Source of the DNA: Ylistrum balloti
Lineage: Eukaryota
Direction: 5' to 3'
Assembly (NCBI RefSeq): GCF_031769215.1
Contig: NW_026782979.1
Coordinates: forward strand, 1 to 64,000
Length of the DNA: 64,000 nt
In this document: positions 1-9,763 of the stretch, in pieces
Position numbering within the stretch: position 1 is the stretch's first letter
Layout of the letters: each line of letters begins with the position of its first letter
Made by a program: the position numbers and the translations under genes
Notes under the pieces: generated by a model
Told to the model about the DNA's origin: nothing
The model's database searches: none
The model's input: only the letters and a program-made list of their open reading frames with translations

Positions 1-960
1 TATACACTTACAGCCGCGACAGCTATATGCATCAACTTCATCATTTTCTCTTAACAATTGATACTGACGTTGGTTGTAAGTTCTTGAGAGCCTATTATTT
101 GCAGGCTGTGTAAAAAAATTAGGATCTTCATTAATCATAGATTCTACCTTAGCCTTTAAAGCATTGATTCGGTTTATAAATCTATTTCGAATACCTCTTA
201 GCTCATCTTCTGCTAATGAATCTCCTAAACCATCCCGAATCCATTGTTGCCAATCTTCATTGGTTTTGGAAATAAAAGCATCCCAGACATCTTGTGAGTC
301 AAACAAAAATTGCAGGTCAGATTTATCAAGATTATTTATATCTAGATCTGTTATCCACCTGAATGAATCGGCATTATCAATCAAGGTAACACTGCCATCT
401 TCTAAAAGGAACAAATTCTTGTCGTAACGATCCTTCTGCGCAGTCAAATAGTCAAAAGCTTTATTGCTTTGAGAGTTCAAGCCCATTGTAGGATGTACGG
501 CATCTTCAACAGCTAGCTGGTAGACACCTTGACTATCTGCTACTGTTGGCGGAACCAGATCTAAATCGAGCTCTCTACTAAGGCTATAATTTAGCTCTTC
601 TGTCTTTCGATAGAAAGCTCGCCTTTCATCTTTATAAAAAACTTTCATATCACCAACTTTAGTGACCTTATGAGAAGTTAACCGAGCAGATTCTGAATCC
701 GTAATACCTTCTAAATGCTGTTCAACAAAATCGTAAATGGTTTCTTTATCTGAAGGTATCCTTAAGTCACGGGCTCTACGAATAGCTTGCCAATATTTCT
801 TCTGTTCAAATAAACCTCTAACTTCAGGATTTTCAATGGTCGAGGCTTTCAAGGGCGTAGGAAAAGGGCCAGCCGTCTTACATCCAGCTGCATTTATTCG
901 GAGCAAACAATTAAGGAAGATTAGAAAATCTTTTTCGTCATTGAAAGAGTTAACACACAT
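1..960 (-). CDS. PI3/PI4-kinase-like (HipA/Fam20C-type) atypical kinase, 3' end beyond window
   Basis: Not in ORF track. Manual translation from ATG at 960 is open for 320 codons to the edge. Contains ELNYSLSRELDLDLVPPTV and FDYLTAQKDRYDKNLFLLEDGSVTLIDNADSF, matching the E..Y.L...L....VPPTV / DYL....DR...N / LIDN..SF kinase pattern. Confidence 0.65.
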   Translation of the reverse strand, partial: MCVNSFNDEKDFLIFLNCLLRINAAGCKTAGPFPTPLKASTIENPEVRGLFEQKKYWQAIRRARDLRIPSDKETIYDFVEQHLEGITDSESARLTSHKVTKVGDMKVFYKDERRAFYRKTEELNYSLSRELDLDLVPPTVADSQGVYQLAVEDAVHPTMGLNSQSNKAFDYLTAQKDRYDKNLFLLEDGSVTLIDNADSFRWITDLDINNLDKSDLQFLFDSQDVWDAFISKTNEDWQQWIRDGLGDSLAEDELRGIRNRFINRINALKAKVESMINEDPNFFTQPANNRLSRTYNQRQYQLLRENDEVDAYSCRGCKCI

Positions 961-976
961 AGCAAGATCTAAATTC

Positions 977-1465
977 TTGGTAGTCTCGGCTACTAAGTTA
1001 AGGACAAGGCGTATCGTCGTTCTTGGTCATTTCACAGGAAAAACATCAACCTCAGTTCAGATTTCTGCTGCTTCTGAGTGGATGGAACTTTCCCCAAGAC
1101 GGATCGCCCTACGTTTGGGACCAATGCTTCAAGAGGATAGCTTAATTGACTTATTGTCGTGTCGGTCTTGTGGTTATGAAGATGTTGCTGAACAATTTCT
1201 GGACGGATTAAAAGAAGCTGGAGTGAAAAATGTTAGAGTTAGGACTTATTACCGAGACATCGACTTTATCCCGGACAACGGAGGCATGTTTACGGATGAG
1301 GAAGGTATTTTCAGAATGCCTACGCAAGATTTTATTGATGGAAAGTCTTTGCCAGACAGTGCAGTGGACCAACTTCAAGGATATGAACTCAGAGACGGGG
1401 AGGTGATTGAACTGCCGCAATATGACCCTAATGTCGCCGCCTGGTCTGCTGATACCTGCCCATAA
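977..1465 (+). CDS. Probable caspase-hemoglobinase-fold (peptidase C80/DUF4347-like) domain fragment
   Basis: 3' part of track ORF 737..1465; the 5' part is antisense to the kinase. IVVLGHF ... IDLLSCRS ... AEQFLDGLKEAGVKNVRVR resembles the His/Cys dyad layout of C80 domains. The start (TTG 977) is uncertain. Confidence 0.4.
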   Translation: MVVSATKLRTRRIVVLGHFTGKTSTSVQISAASEWMELSPRRIALRLGPMLQEDSLIDLLSCRSCGYEDVAEQFLDGLKEAGVKNVRVRTYYRDIDFIPDNGGMFTDEEGIFRMPTQDFIDGKSLPDSAVDQLQGYELRDGEVIELPQYDPNVAAWSADTCP

Positions 1466-1576
1466 TCAAAAAGATCTCTGTTAGTATTGATGTTAGGGAG
1501 TAGATGCGGAAAATAAAAAGTATTATTCAGCGACTTTATTTAATGAGTGTCGTTGCTGGGTACGGGAATCTGAATT

Positions 1577-1609
1577 AGCATTAAAACAATCAGTGAACGT
1601 TTTAATGCT
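1577..1609. terminator. 11-bp perfect inverted repeat between convergent genes, possible bidirectional terminator
   Basis: AGCATTAAAAC (1577-1587) and GTTTTAATGCT (1599-1609). Confidence 0.4.
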
Positions 1610-1743
1610 CCCTGGAAAAATCTTCAAGCTAAATATAGAGAGAGACTAAAGATAACAACTAATAAACCCTGTACTTTCTAAACGTATTTTTTACATTAAT
1701 TCAGTGTTTATACGCTTAACTTGAATACTTTATTTGGTTATTC

Positions 1744-2538
1744 TTATTTACAATTAATTTTTTGGAAACTATATTTTTCGTAATATGCAGCGGATCTATC
1801 ACCTTGAACTTCTAAGCTTCTAATTTTTTTTAGTTTGGGTTTGTTTTTGATAGCATTACGAAACGCTTCATTACGTAATGATGAACCGGCTCGACCAATT
1901 GTACCTTCAGGCCTGACTTCTCTTACTAACTGACTTTCAGGATTAGCAACAATATATTTCTCACTTATAATTGAGCCTCCTGCCTCTTCTCGAAGCCCCA
2001 TAATGGCTTGGGGAACTAATTCATCTTCTGAATTTCTTGTTGACAAAACCCAAATTTCATCCATATCGTTAAATCCCCCAGTAAAAACCTCGGAGGTCTC
2101 AGCCGCTTGTTCTCCTGTTAGACCGTAATCTTGGTACTCCTTAGCTCTTTTCATCCAGCTAGACAAACGAAAACGAAGACGCATACCGTGAGGCGTTAAT
2201 GGTGATTCCCGTGTTAAGAAAAAATCTGTTCCTTCAGAATAAGATCCACCATCCCAACGCAATACAGATATATCGGGCTCATCGGAGAATGTATCAAAAT
2301 TCTCTTTATTTAGCTGAAAAGAATAAGTATCTCCTTTCGAAAGGTCAGGAGGATCTATGGAATCTAAAGAATCTATTTTAGATATAACACCTTCGGTCAA
2401 ATGTTGATCTTTAATAGGGTTAATTGCTTCGTATGTGTAGCTACCTTCAGGTAAAGGCTCTTTGATAGCAAAACTCGAAACTGGATCAATAATGGATATA
2501 CAAAAAAAGAACAAAAAATAGCAATATTTATTCATCAT
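1744..2538 (-). CDS. Secreted protein with C-terminal GNAT-like acetyltransferase motifs
   Basis: N-terminal signal peptide (MMNKYCYFLFFFCISIIDPVSSFA). C-terminal GRAGSSLRNEAF and RSLEVQGDRSAAYYEKYSF resemble GNAT motifs A and B. Confidence 0.5.
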   Translation of the reverse strand: MMNKYCYFLFFFCISIIDPVSSFAIKEPLPEGSYTYEAINPIKDQHLTEGVISKIDSLDSIDPPDLSKGDTYSFQLNKENFDTFSDEPDISVLRWDGGSYSEGTDFFLTRESPLTPHGMRLRFRLSSWMKRAKEYQDYGLTGEQAAETSEVFTGGFNDMDEIWVLSTRNSEDELVPQAIMGLREEAGGSIISEKYIVANPESQLVREVRPEGTIGRAGSSLRNEAFRNAIKNKPKLKKIRSLEVQGDRSAAYYEKYSFQKINCK

Positions 2539-2658
2539 AATCTCCGCTTACAGCTAATATATAAAAGCTTATTCTAGCACTTACCGTATTCCCCTTTCGC
2601 ACCCTAAAAACACGGTAGGCAGGATCTCTCTATTTCTACTAACGTCGGATATTTAGTT

Positions 2659-2690
2659 AAGAAAAATTAGGGGTACGTATTGTACCCCTA
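2659..2690 (-). terminator. Rho-independent terminator candidate downstream of the hem operon
   Basis: Minus strand TAGGGGTAC-AATAC-GTACCCCTA followed by ATTTTTCTT. Confidence 0.55.
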
Positions 2691-2816
2691 GGATAATTAC
2701 CCTGAATGACAATAACCATTTAGGTGTATTTCCTGAGCCTATTAAGGCTTGGTTTAGAGAGACTGACAATAATTTAGACAACAACTGGTACTTTTTTGAC
2801 CAACTTAAGGTGAGGT

Positions 2817-4295
2817 TTAAGAACTTGATAACACATCAATAACAGCCTGAAGTGATGATTTTTGAACCGATGAGATAGTTGTTGCGCCAATATTATTAAG
2901 AGCTGCTTCTGTTTGTGTTCCAAAAGCGATATGGTGAACATCTTGCCATAGTTGATCTAGTTGCCAACGATTAACTACTTCAATTTGAGAAGTGGCTGTC
3001 CAAACGACATAGTCGAACCACCGTCGTTCGATGGCAATACGTAGTGTTTCCGGTACATATTTACGATGTTCTTTGGCATGGGTTAGTACTGGATGAACCT
3101 GCCAACCTTTGTCTGCTAATGTTTGATGTGGTGCTAAACGAGCATCACTTGCTTGGCATAGGAGTACTGTTCCAACTGGCTCTCCAAGTAAGGCTGGTAT
3201 TTGGTCTGTACCACAACGTTCGGAACCGGTTACATCTGGCATAATCCCAATATTTGTTAACCGCCGGGCAGTAGCTTTACCAACTGCTGCAATTTTCCAA
3301 CGATGCCACTGGCGTAAATCTTGGCGACATTCTTGACATCGTTGCCACCACCGTATTACCGCTGTTGGACTTGTAAAAACCAACCAACCTGATGTTTGAC
3401 TTGCTATTTGGAAACTGGCATCAAAACTTTTATACGCATCAGGAGGATCACAAATACGCTGCAGTGGTATGGTACAAGGTTCAAAACCCGCTGCAAATAG
3501 TTGTGAATGCCAAGCTATCTTTTGCAGATCGGGACGAAAGAATCCGACATTGGCACGAACTTTATGTTGTGTTGTTTTAGTAGCAGTAACAACACCCCCA
3601 TACACCCAAACAGCAGGGGGACGAATGTGTTTATCTTTAAGGTCTGTTTCTAACGTCTCTAAGGATGACACTACTAATTTTTCTTTTGGGGTTGTTACTG
3701 CTTGTGCAATTAATACAGGCGTCTCACTAGAAACACCATGGCGCTTCAATTTCTGGACGTTTTCAGCAGCACTTAGAACGCCCATATAGATTGCTCCTGT
3801 CCCCGAACGCGAAGCGGCTTCCCAATCTAACTCAGGTTTGGGGCCTGCAGTACGGCGATGTCCGGTTAGCAAGGTCAAGCTAGCTGATATGTCTCGATCC
3901 GTCAAAGAAATACCTGCACGAGCAGCAGCAGCACTAGCAGCGGTGATACCAGGAATAATCTCATAGGAAATACCAGCTTTTAGAAGCACTTGTATTTCTT
4001 CAGCTAAACGACCAAAGGTACAAGGATCTCCTCCTTTAAGACGAATAACCTGTTTCCCTTTCGATGCTAATTGAACAAGTAAGTCACAGATTTCTTTTTG
4101 TGACTGGCTTGGTTTACCAGCACGTTTCCCAACATCAATAACGGTTGCATCCCATTGTATATAAGATAAAAGAGATAGTGACACCAGAGCATCAATTAAG
4201 ATGACGTCTGCTTCTGCTATTGCTTGCTGACCTGCAACGGTAATCCAACGCGCATGGCCTGGCCCAGCACCGATAAAAACAACTTGGCCGTTCAT
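2817..4295 (-). CDS. cobA: Uroporphyrinogen-III C-methyltransferase / uroporphyrinogen-III synthase fusion (CobA-HemD)
   Basis: VVFIGAGPG, RLKGGDPCTFGR and IPGITAA are SUMT motifs. C-terminal HemD motifs VFTSPTAV and IAAVGKATA. Confidence 0.93.
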   Translation of the reverse strand: MNGQVVFIGAGPGHARWITVAGQQAIAEADVILIDALVSLSLLSYIQWDATVIDVGKRAGKPSQSQKEICDLLVQLASKGKQVIRLKGGDPCTFGRLAEEIQVLLKAGISYEIIPGITAASAAAARAGISLTDRDISASLTLLTGHRRTAGPKPELDWEAASRSGTGAIYMGVLSAAENVQKLKRHGVSSETPVLIAQAVTTPKEKLVVSSLETLETDLKDKHIRPPAVWVYGGVVTATKTTQHKVRANVGFFRPDLQKIAWHSQLFAAGFEPCTIPLQRICDPPDAYKSFDASFQIASQTSGWLVFTSPTAVIRWWQRCQECRQDLRQWHRWKIAAVGKATARRLTNIGIMPDVTGSERCGTDQIPALLGEPVGTVLLCQASDARLAPHQTLADKGWQVHPVLTHAKEHRKYVPETLRIAIERRWFDYVVWTATSQIEVVNRWQLDQLWQDVHHIAFGTQTEAALNNIGATTISSVQKSSLQAVIDVLSSS

Positions 4296-5185
4296 TTAGT
4301 TGTAGCTAGGGCAATCCGTAAGGCTTGCCCTACATTTTTACCTAACTCAAGGGGGGTTGTTCCGGTTTGGGTTTCAGTATGGGATATAGTTCCATCTTCT
4401 GACCACAACTTCGCAGTTAGTTTCAATTCATCATTCTGATGCTCAGCGTAAGCTGCAAATGGTGTAAAGCAATCTCCTTCAATTTCCTGTAGTACTGCAC
4501 GCTCAGCCTGAAAAGTTTGCCAAGTTTTTGGATCATGAAGTTGTTGAAAGAGTGTTTTTAATTCTTCATCTTCGCAATGTGCTTCGATCGCTAATGTTCC
4601 TTGCGCGGCTGCAGGGATAAAGGATTTCAACTCAATTTGTTGCTCTTGCCAAGAAGCCTCTAGACGTTCTAAACCAGCTGCGGCAAGTATTACCGCATCG
4701 AGCTCTCCTAAATGAACACGCTCTAAACGGGTATTAATATTGCCACGCAATGGTATAATTGTTGCTTGGGGCATCTGTTCTTGGGTTTGGAAACGTCTCC
4801 GGACACTACCAGTACCAACTTTTCCCTTAAAATCCTCTAACTCATTGACAATATTACCGTTTTTTAGACAAAGGACATCGTAAGGAGATGCTCTTTTAGG
4901 CGTCGCAATAATTTCTAATCCCGCTGGTAGTGTTGCAGGAATATCTTTACCAGAGTGGATGGCAATATCAATCTCTCGATTTAATAGTGCTTGCTCTATC
5001 TCTTTTAAAAATAATCCTTTCCCCCCTACTTTGTCTAAAGGACGATCACGAATTTTGTCTCCTGTTGTTGTAATCCAAACCCACTCTACTGCTAGGTCTG
5101 GACACTGATGTTTTAGTGTCTGGATAACCTGTTTTGCCTGCGCTTGAGCTAAAGGAGATTTACGAGAGCCGATTTTGATTTTCAT
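4292..5185 (-). CDS. hemC: Hydroxymethylbilane synthase
   Basis: IGSRKSPLAQAQ, TTGDKIRD, GKGLFLKEIE, DIAIHSGKD, LRGNINTRL. Confidence 0.97.
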   Translation of the reverse strand: MKIKIGSRKSPLAQAQAKQVIQTLKHQCPDLAVEWVWITTTGDKIRDRPLDKVGGKGLFLKEIEQALLNREIDIAIHSGKDIPATLPAGLEIIATPKRASPYDVLCLKNGNIVNELEDFKGKVGTGSVRRRFQTQEQMPQATIIPLRGNINTRLERVHLGELDAVILAAAGLERLEASWQEQQIELKSFIPAAAQGTLAIEAHCEDEELKTLFQQLHDPKTWQTFQAERAVLQEIEGDCFTPFAAYAEHQNDELKLTAKLWSEDGTISHTETQTGTTPLELGKNVGQALRIALATTK

Positions 5186-6446
5186 GATCTATAAGTTCTA
5201 TTTGTTCTTCGGTATCTGTTAAAGCAGTAATCATTTCTATCCAAAGCTTTGGTTCTTCACTAGAGTTTACTTGCTTTGCTATCATTTTGAGTAATTTTTG
5301 AATAATAGCGCTTGTTGCTCGATCTACCAGGTCTTCAGATGATAGCTTAGAGCTCTGACGCAAAGCGCGTTTAACCTCACTGGCTCTTAATTGCTCTAAC
5401 CAAAGACTTAAATCACTTAATGACGGGGCATACTTTTGCCGATCATACCAAAGTGTAAAATGATCGGTTGCTTCCGTAATAAATAATTCTGCGTGCTGTG
5501 CCTCTTCGGAACGACGTTCAAGGTTTTCGTGGCATAACTGTTGTAAATCATCAACACTATATAAAAAGATATCATGCATTTTGCCAATTTTAGGGTCTGC
5601 TGCACGAGGCACTGCTAGATCAATTAATAAACGTGGTTTAGGAGGCCGATGACGTAGAGCTTCTCGAACATCTAGGTAGGTTAATAAACGATCCTGTGCA
5701 CCAGTGCCAATCAGAACGACATCTGCAAGTACCAGTTCTGTTGGCAGTGATTCCCAAGTACTAACACGCGCTTGATATAAAGCAGCAAGTTCTTGCGCAC
5801 GCGATAATGTTCGGTTACAAATGGTAATCTGCTGAACACCTTTACTTTTAAAATGTGCAATAGCCAACTCTGCCATTTCTCCAGCACCTAAAACAAGAAC
5901 TTGCTTCTCTGTTAGGGGTTCAAAGACCTCCTCGGCTAATTGTACTGCTATCGTTGACAAATTGACGGCATATTTACCAATTTCTGTCTCTGTACGAATG
6001 CGCTTACCTACCTGCAGGACTTTTTGGCCTAAACGTTGTAGATATAGTCCAACCGTTTTTTCATCACAGGCATATTGAAAAGCTCGTTTCCATTGTCCTA
6101 AAATCTGTGGTTCACCAAGAACCATAGAATCAAGGCCTCCAGCAACACGCATAGCATGGCATATTGCTTCTTCCCCTCGAAATATTCTTAGATGGTTACG
6201 AAATGCGGTTACTTCTAAACCTGTTATTTCATCAAAAAACTGCGTAGCTACTTCCTCTAATTTATCTGAGATACCATGTGTTATTAGCTCGACCCGATTA
6301 CAGGTGGAAAGAATTATTACTTCTGCTTCTAATTGTTGACGCAGCCATTTATAGGCTACTTGTAAGCGTTCGCCGGTTAAATTTAAACGCTCTCTTAATT
6401 CGATACCAGCTGTATGGTGACTAACACCAATAATGCCAAAATCCAT
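5160..6446 (-). CDS. hemA: Glutamyl-tRNA reductase
   Basis: GVSHHTA, ILSTCNRVE, GLDSMVLGEPQILGQ, LVLGAGEMA, IDLAVPR. Confidence 0.97.
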   Translation of the reverse strand: MDFGIIGVSHHTAGIELRERLNLTGERLQVAYKWLRQQLEAEVIILSTCNRVELITHGISDKLEEVATQFFDEITGLEVTAFRNHLRIFRGEEAICHAMRVAGGLDSMVLGEPQILGQWKRAFQYACDEKTVGLYLQRLGQKVLQVGKRIRTETEIGKYAVNLSTIAVQLAEEVFEPLTEKQVLVLGAGEMAELAIAHFKSKGVQQITICNRTLSRAQELAALYQARVSTWESLPTELVLADVVLIGTGAQDRLLTYLDVREALRHRPPKPRLLIDLAVPRAADPKIGKMHDIFLYSVDDLQQLCHENLERRSEEAQHAELFITEATDHFTLWYDRQKYAPSLSDLSLWLEQLRASEVKRALRQSSKLSSEDLVDRATSAIIQKLLKMIAKQVNSSEEPKLWIEMITALTDTEEQIELIDHENQNRLS

Positions 6447-7237
6447 CAGCTACTCCCGTGGACTAAAAAATCGAAACTAAATGTAATTGTCACAACAAGG
6501 TGTAGTAAACCAATGACAACAGCTGTAAAAAGACTCAATCGATGCCCACGCCAGCCTAACCACAATCGCAGATACAATGTTATGGCCAATAGCAACCAAG
6601 CGACAATCGTCATATACGCTAGAATATCTTTACTTTGACTTTTAATCGTTGTCGGTAGAGACATTAATAAAAAGCCAAACACCATTCCTATCGACAGTAA
6701 GATAAATCCTGCTTGTAGTAAACGTAGTTGGTAGCGATCCAAGTTATCTAGACTAGGCAATTTACGAGCTAATCCTGCCGGGTTATCCCGTAAGCCACGT
6801 TCTTTTAGAATATAAAGTAATGCCATACTACCAAGAGAGACTAAAAAACCAGCACTAATACAAATAAAACCTATATGTAGTTTTAGTATTGTTGTAATTG
6901 GGTTCTGGTTAAAGTTTTGTATTTGTCCAATCATGACTGCAAGTAACAAAAATGCAGCAGAAATCGCTGATGCGGTACACCACAGTATTGGCCGCCCTTG
7001 AAACCGGTTTGCATATAAGCTAGCAAGCGTAAAAGAAACACCAGTAATGCCTAATAAGTCTGTGGGAATCATTACGACACCCCAATGTGACAATAGCCCA
7101 CCAACGTAAATGCCTAATCCGGCAAATAGGAGTGCCTCGCCAACGCTATCTTGTACAGGTAACTCTTTTCGGCTCTGACGGTAAAAAATAACGGTTGCCC
7201 CAACAATTAATAATGTAGCGATATAAATATGTGTCAT
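6446..7237 (-). CDS. Cytochrome c assembly (CcsA/HemX-like) membrane protein
   Basis: Multi-TM protein with conserved His (LKLHI), LPSLDNLDR and GWRG; lies in the usual position upstream of hemA. Confidence 0.8.
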   Translation of the reverse strand: MTHIYIATLLIVGATVIFYRQSRKELPVQDSVGEALLFAGLGIYVGGLLSHWGVVMIPTDLLGITGVSFTLASLYANRFQGRPILWCTASAISAAFLLLAVMIGQIQNFNQNPITTILKLHIGFICISAGFLVSLGSMALLYILKERGLRDNPAGLARKLPSLDNLDRYQLRLLQAGFILLSIGMVFGFLLMSLPTTIKSQSKDILAYMTIVAWLLLAITLYLRLWLGWRGHRLSLFTAVVIGLLHLVVTITFSFDFLVHGSS

Positions 7238-7728
7238 AGCGTTTCTGTATCTACCATCTTTTGGTAATACTTTTGTAAATCTTGATGTAATTGTTCGACT
7301 AATACTTTCGCCAAGCCAGGGTTTTTACCCTTGGTAGAAACGGCTAGATGTATGTTTTCAACCTGTCGTTCTGCAGACAAATTGATATTCCCAAAACCAT
7401 GGGCGCTCACAATAAGTAAACCTTTCTGTTTTGCTACCCGGCAAATTTTTTGGTCTAAGTCTAGATTATTAATTGCAATCATAATTAACGCCCATGGTTT
7501 AGCTTCTAAATCCTGCTCTTGATAAACACGATTTTCCCAGCTTATATCACCTTGTTTTACATATGTATACAACGTCTTACTAAGTCTTGGTGTAATTATA
7601 TGTACTCGTGCTTTTTCCATTAAGCATTTTTGTACACGTCGCTCTGCAACAGTACCACCACCGACGCATAAAACATCACGTTGTTGTAAATTTAAATGTA
7701 TCAGCACACTAGGTATTATTGTAATCAA
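7234..7728 (-). CDS. Precorrin-2 dehydrogenase / CysG N-terminal-like (SirC/Met8 type)
   Basis: VLCVGGGTVAERRV Rossmann motif and AVSTKGKNPGLA; shorter than typical. Confidence 0.8.
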   Translation of the reverse strand: MITIIPSVLIHLNLQQRDVLCVGGGTVAERRVQKCLMEKARVHIITPRLSKTLYTYVKQGDISWENRVYQEQDLEAKPWALIMIAINNLDLDQKICRVAKQKGLLIVSAHGFGNINLSAERQVENIHLAVSTKGKNPGLAKVLVEQLHQDLQKYYQKMVDTETL

Positions 7729-7863
7729 GTTTTAGCTAGAGAGAAATATGATCTTAATGTAGATTTATCTTTAGGGCTTTATTCAACTAAATTAGTTACA
7801 GCTTCAAAAACTGTGTTACCTCTACTTTATCTAAATAGTTTAATACTGCTAAGATCTGCCTCG

Positions 7864-9699
7864 CTACTTAATGGTCTGACTTAAGTAGATTTTTAATTGG
7901 TAATTATCATAATTATCGGAACTCTCAAGAGGTTCAATGATAGCTATATCTGAAAAACCATCATTATTGAGGTCACCGTACTCAATACTAGCACTTATAT
8001 CAATGCTAACCCAGATATCATCATTAAAGGTACTACTGATGCTAGTGATCGTATCCAATTGATGTAAGGTTTTATTAAAACTACTGTCTCCATCCGCTAA
8101 CATGTAAACAATGCTAGCTTCCTTTGTCTGTTGATCAATATAAGGAAATAGAATATCGAGTAAGCCATCATTGTTGAGATCTACGTGAATGATAGCCTGG
8201 TCTGCTCTTGACTGACGAAATTTTTTATAGGCATCGGTATGAACTCTAATACTGCTAACCCGATTACCTTGTTGATCAAATAGATGATGTATTAAGTTAA
8301 GCCGGTTATCAGAAAAGATGTAAGACTGCCTCATAATAGTATAATCGCTAGCGGTTCGAAAAAAACCACTGGAAGTCCCTAAAAGCCTCAAATTATCTCT
8401 GTCCTGATCAGCAAGATGATCATCTAAATACGCCAAAAAGAACCTATCCTCATTTTTGATCTGCAAACCTTCTGGCAAATAAGAAGTACTATCGTTAGTC
8501 AACCAACAGTTAAGAAATCCAGCTTCTGTATTACTATCGCTATACCAACCTTCATCTGCAAAAAGATCGATTTTTCCATCATAGCCAAAATCAAGCAAAT
8601 GAAAATTGTGAAAGTATGCTGCACCACAATTCCAGGCACCATCAACAAGTGAGTCGATAGTTAACTCTCTTGTTAACATAAGATCTTTGGTAGCATTCGT
8701 AGCACCTTTAAAATAATGAACTTTAAAATCTCGAAGGGATCCATTAGATGCTGTTATAACATCTAAAACGCCGTCATTATTATAGTCGGTCAAGTAAGCT
8801 TCTCCGCCATGTACTCCAGTAGGATAGGTTTTTGTTTTGGCAGTATCAAAAGCAGGTAGCGCTTGGTCACGTCCTGGTATAACCTTGATGTTGTTCCCCC
8901 AAAAGTTAAAAAATACGAGATCAGGATAACCATCTTGATTCATGTCACCAATATCTGAAAGAAAATCATTGTTGGCTACATCAAGGTCTTGTCCTTGGAT
9001 AAAAGACTGTCCTTGTTGATTATAAAAAAATAATACGCGAGATTTTGAAAAATAGTGTGAATAAAGATACGTTGAACCGTTTGAAATTAATTCATTATGG
9101 ATAACGATATCTAGGTAGGAATCATCATTGATGTATGCCAAAAAGATTTTATCAAAATAGTATTGATCTTTTGTAAATCTCAAGGGATACACTAAAGGCG
9201 CTGAAAAGCCATTCCAGTTTTTACTATTACCTCCATCCTTTAACCATCTTGTAGAAGAGGTCTTTTTGATAAATAAATCTGTACGCTCTTGTAAGATAAA
9301 AAATATAATGTAGGTTGTCTTAGTACCATTTTCAGCCATAATGCTGATAGTCGTCTGTTTGTCTGTAATTATCAGTATTGAATCTTTGGGGTGGTTTGTA
9401 CTCGCTTTATCCGAAATCTTGATATCTTTTACAATAGCCTGCTTTGGAAAAGATACTGAAAAGGGCAATTTTAGGGTTGCTGTATTGTTTGTAAAACTGA
9501 CTCCATAGTCCTTGGCATCAATAGTCAAAACCAGCGTACTGATATTTGCTTCAGTACTTTGTTCATGCTTGTCTGAAGTTCTTTGGTCTAAAGATAAAAA
9601 GGTATCATCAACATTAAGCCCACAATTTATGAAAGCGAGACTAATAACTATCAATCCTAAAAAACGTTTAACTTTATTCTGATGGATCATTAGGTCCAA
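7864..9699 (-). CDS. FG-GAP/VCBS repeat lipoprotein with N-terminal cadherin-like domain
   Basis: Lipobox-like FINC. Repeated DMNQDGYPDL, DYNNDGVLDV, DLNNDGLLDI and DLNNDGFSDI. Confidence 0.8.
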   Translation of the reverse strand: MDLMIHQNKVKRFLGLIVISLAFINCGLNVDDTFLSLDQRTSDKHEQSTEANISTLVLTIDAKDYGVSFTNNTATLKLPFSVSFPKQAIVKDIKISDKASTNHPKDSILIITDKQTTISIMAENGTKTTYIIFFILQERTDLFIKKTSSTRWLKDGGNSKNWNGFSAPLVYPLRFTKDQYYFDKIFLAYINDDSYLDIVIHNELISNGSTYLYSHYFSKSRVLFFYNQQGQSFIQGQDLDVANNDFLSDIGDMNQDGYPDLVFFNFWGNNIKVIPGRDQALPAFDTAKTKTYPTGVHGGEAYLTDYNNDGVLDVITASNGSLRDFKVHYFKGATNATKDLMLTRELTIDSLVDGAWNCGAAYFHNFHLLDFGYDGKIDLFADEGWYSDSNTEAGFLNCWLTNDSTSYLPEGLQIKNEDRFFLAYLDDHLADQDRDNLRLLGTSSGFFRTASDYTIMRQSYIFSDNRLNLIHHLFDQQGNRVSSIRVHTDAYKKFRQSRADQAIIHVDLNNDGLLDILFPYIDQQTKEASIVYMLADGDSSFNKTLHQLDTITSISSTFNDDIWVSIDISASIEYGDLNNDGFSDIAIIEPLESSDNYDNYQLKIYLSQTIK

Positions 9700-9763
9700 A
9701 CTATATCGTGATCACTTAAATGTTTTAGGATAAATCCCATTAACGTCATCTGTTATTTTGTCT

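Noticed and set aside
164-976. Plus-strand track ORFs 164..427 and the 5' part of 737..1465
   Set aside because: They are antisense shadows of the minus-strand kinase frame, which has recognisable motifs.
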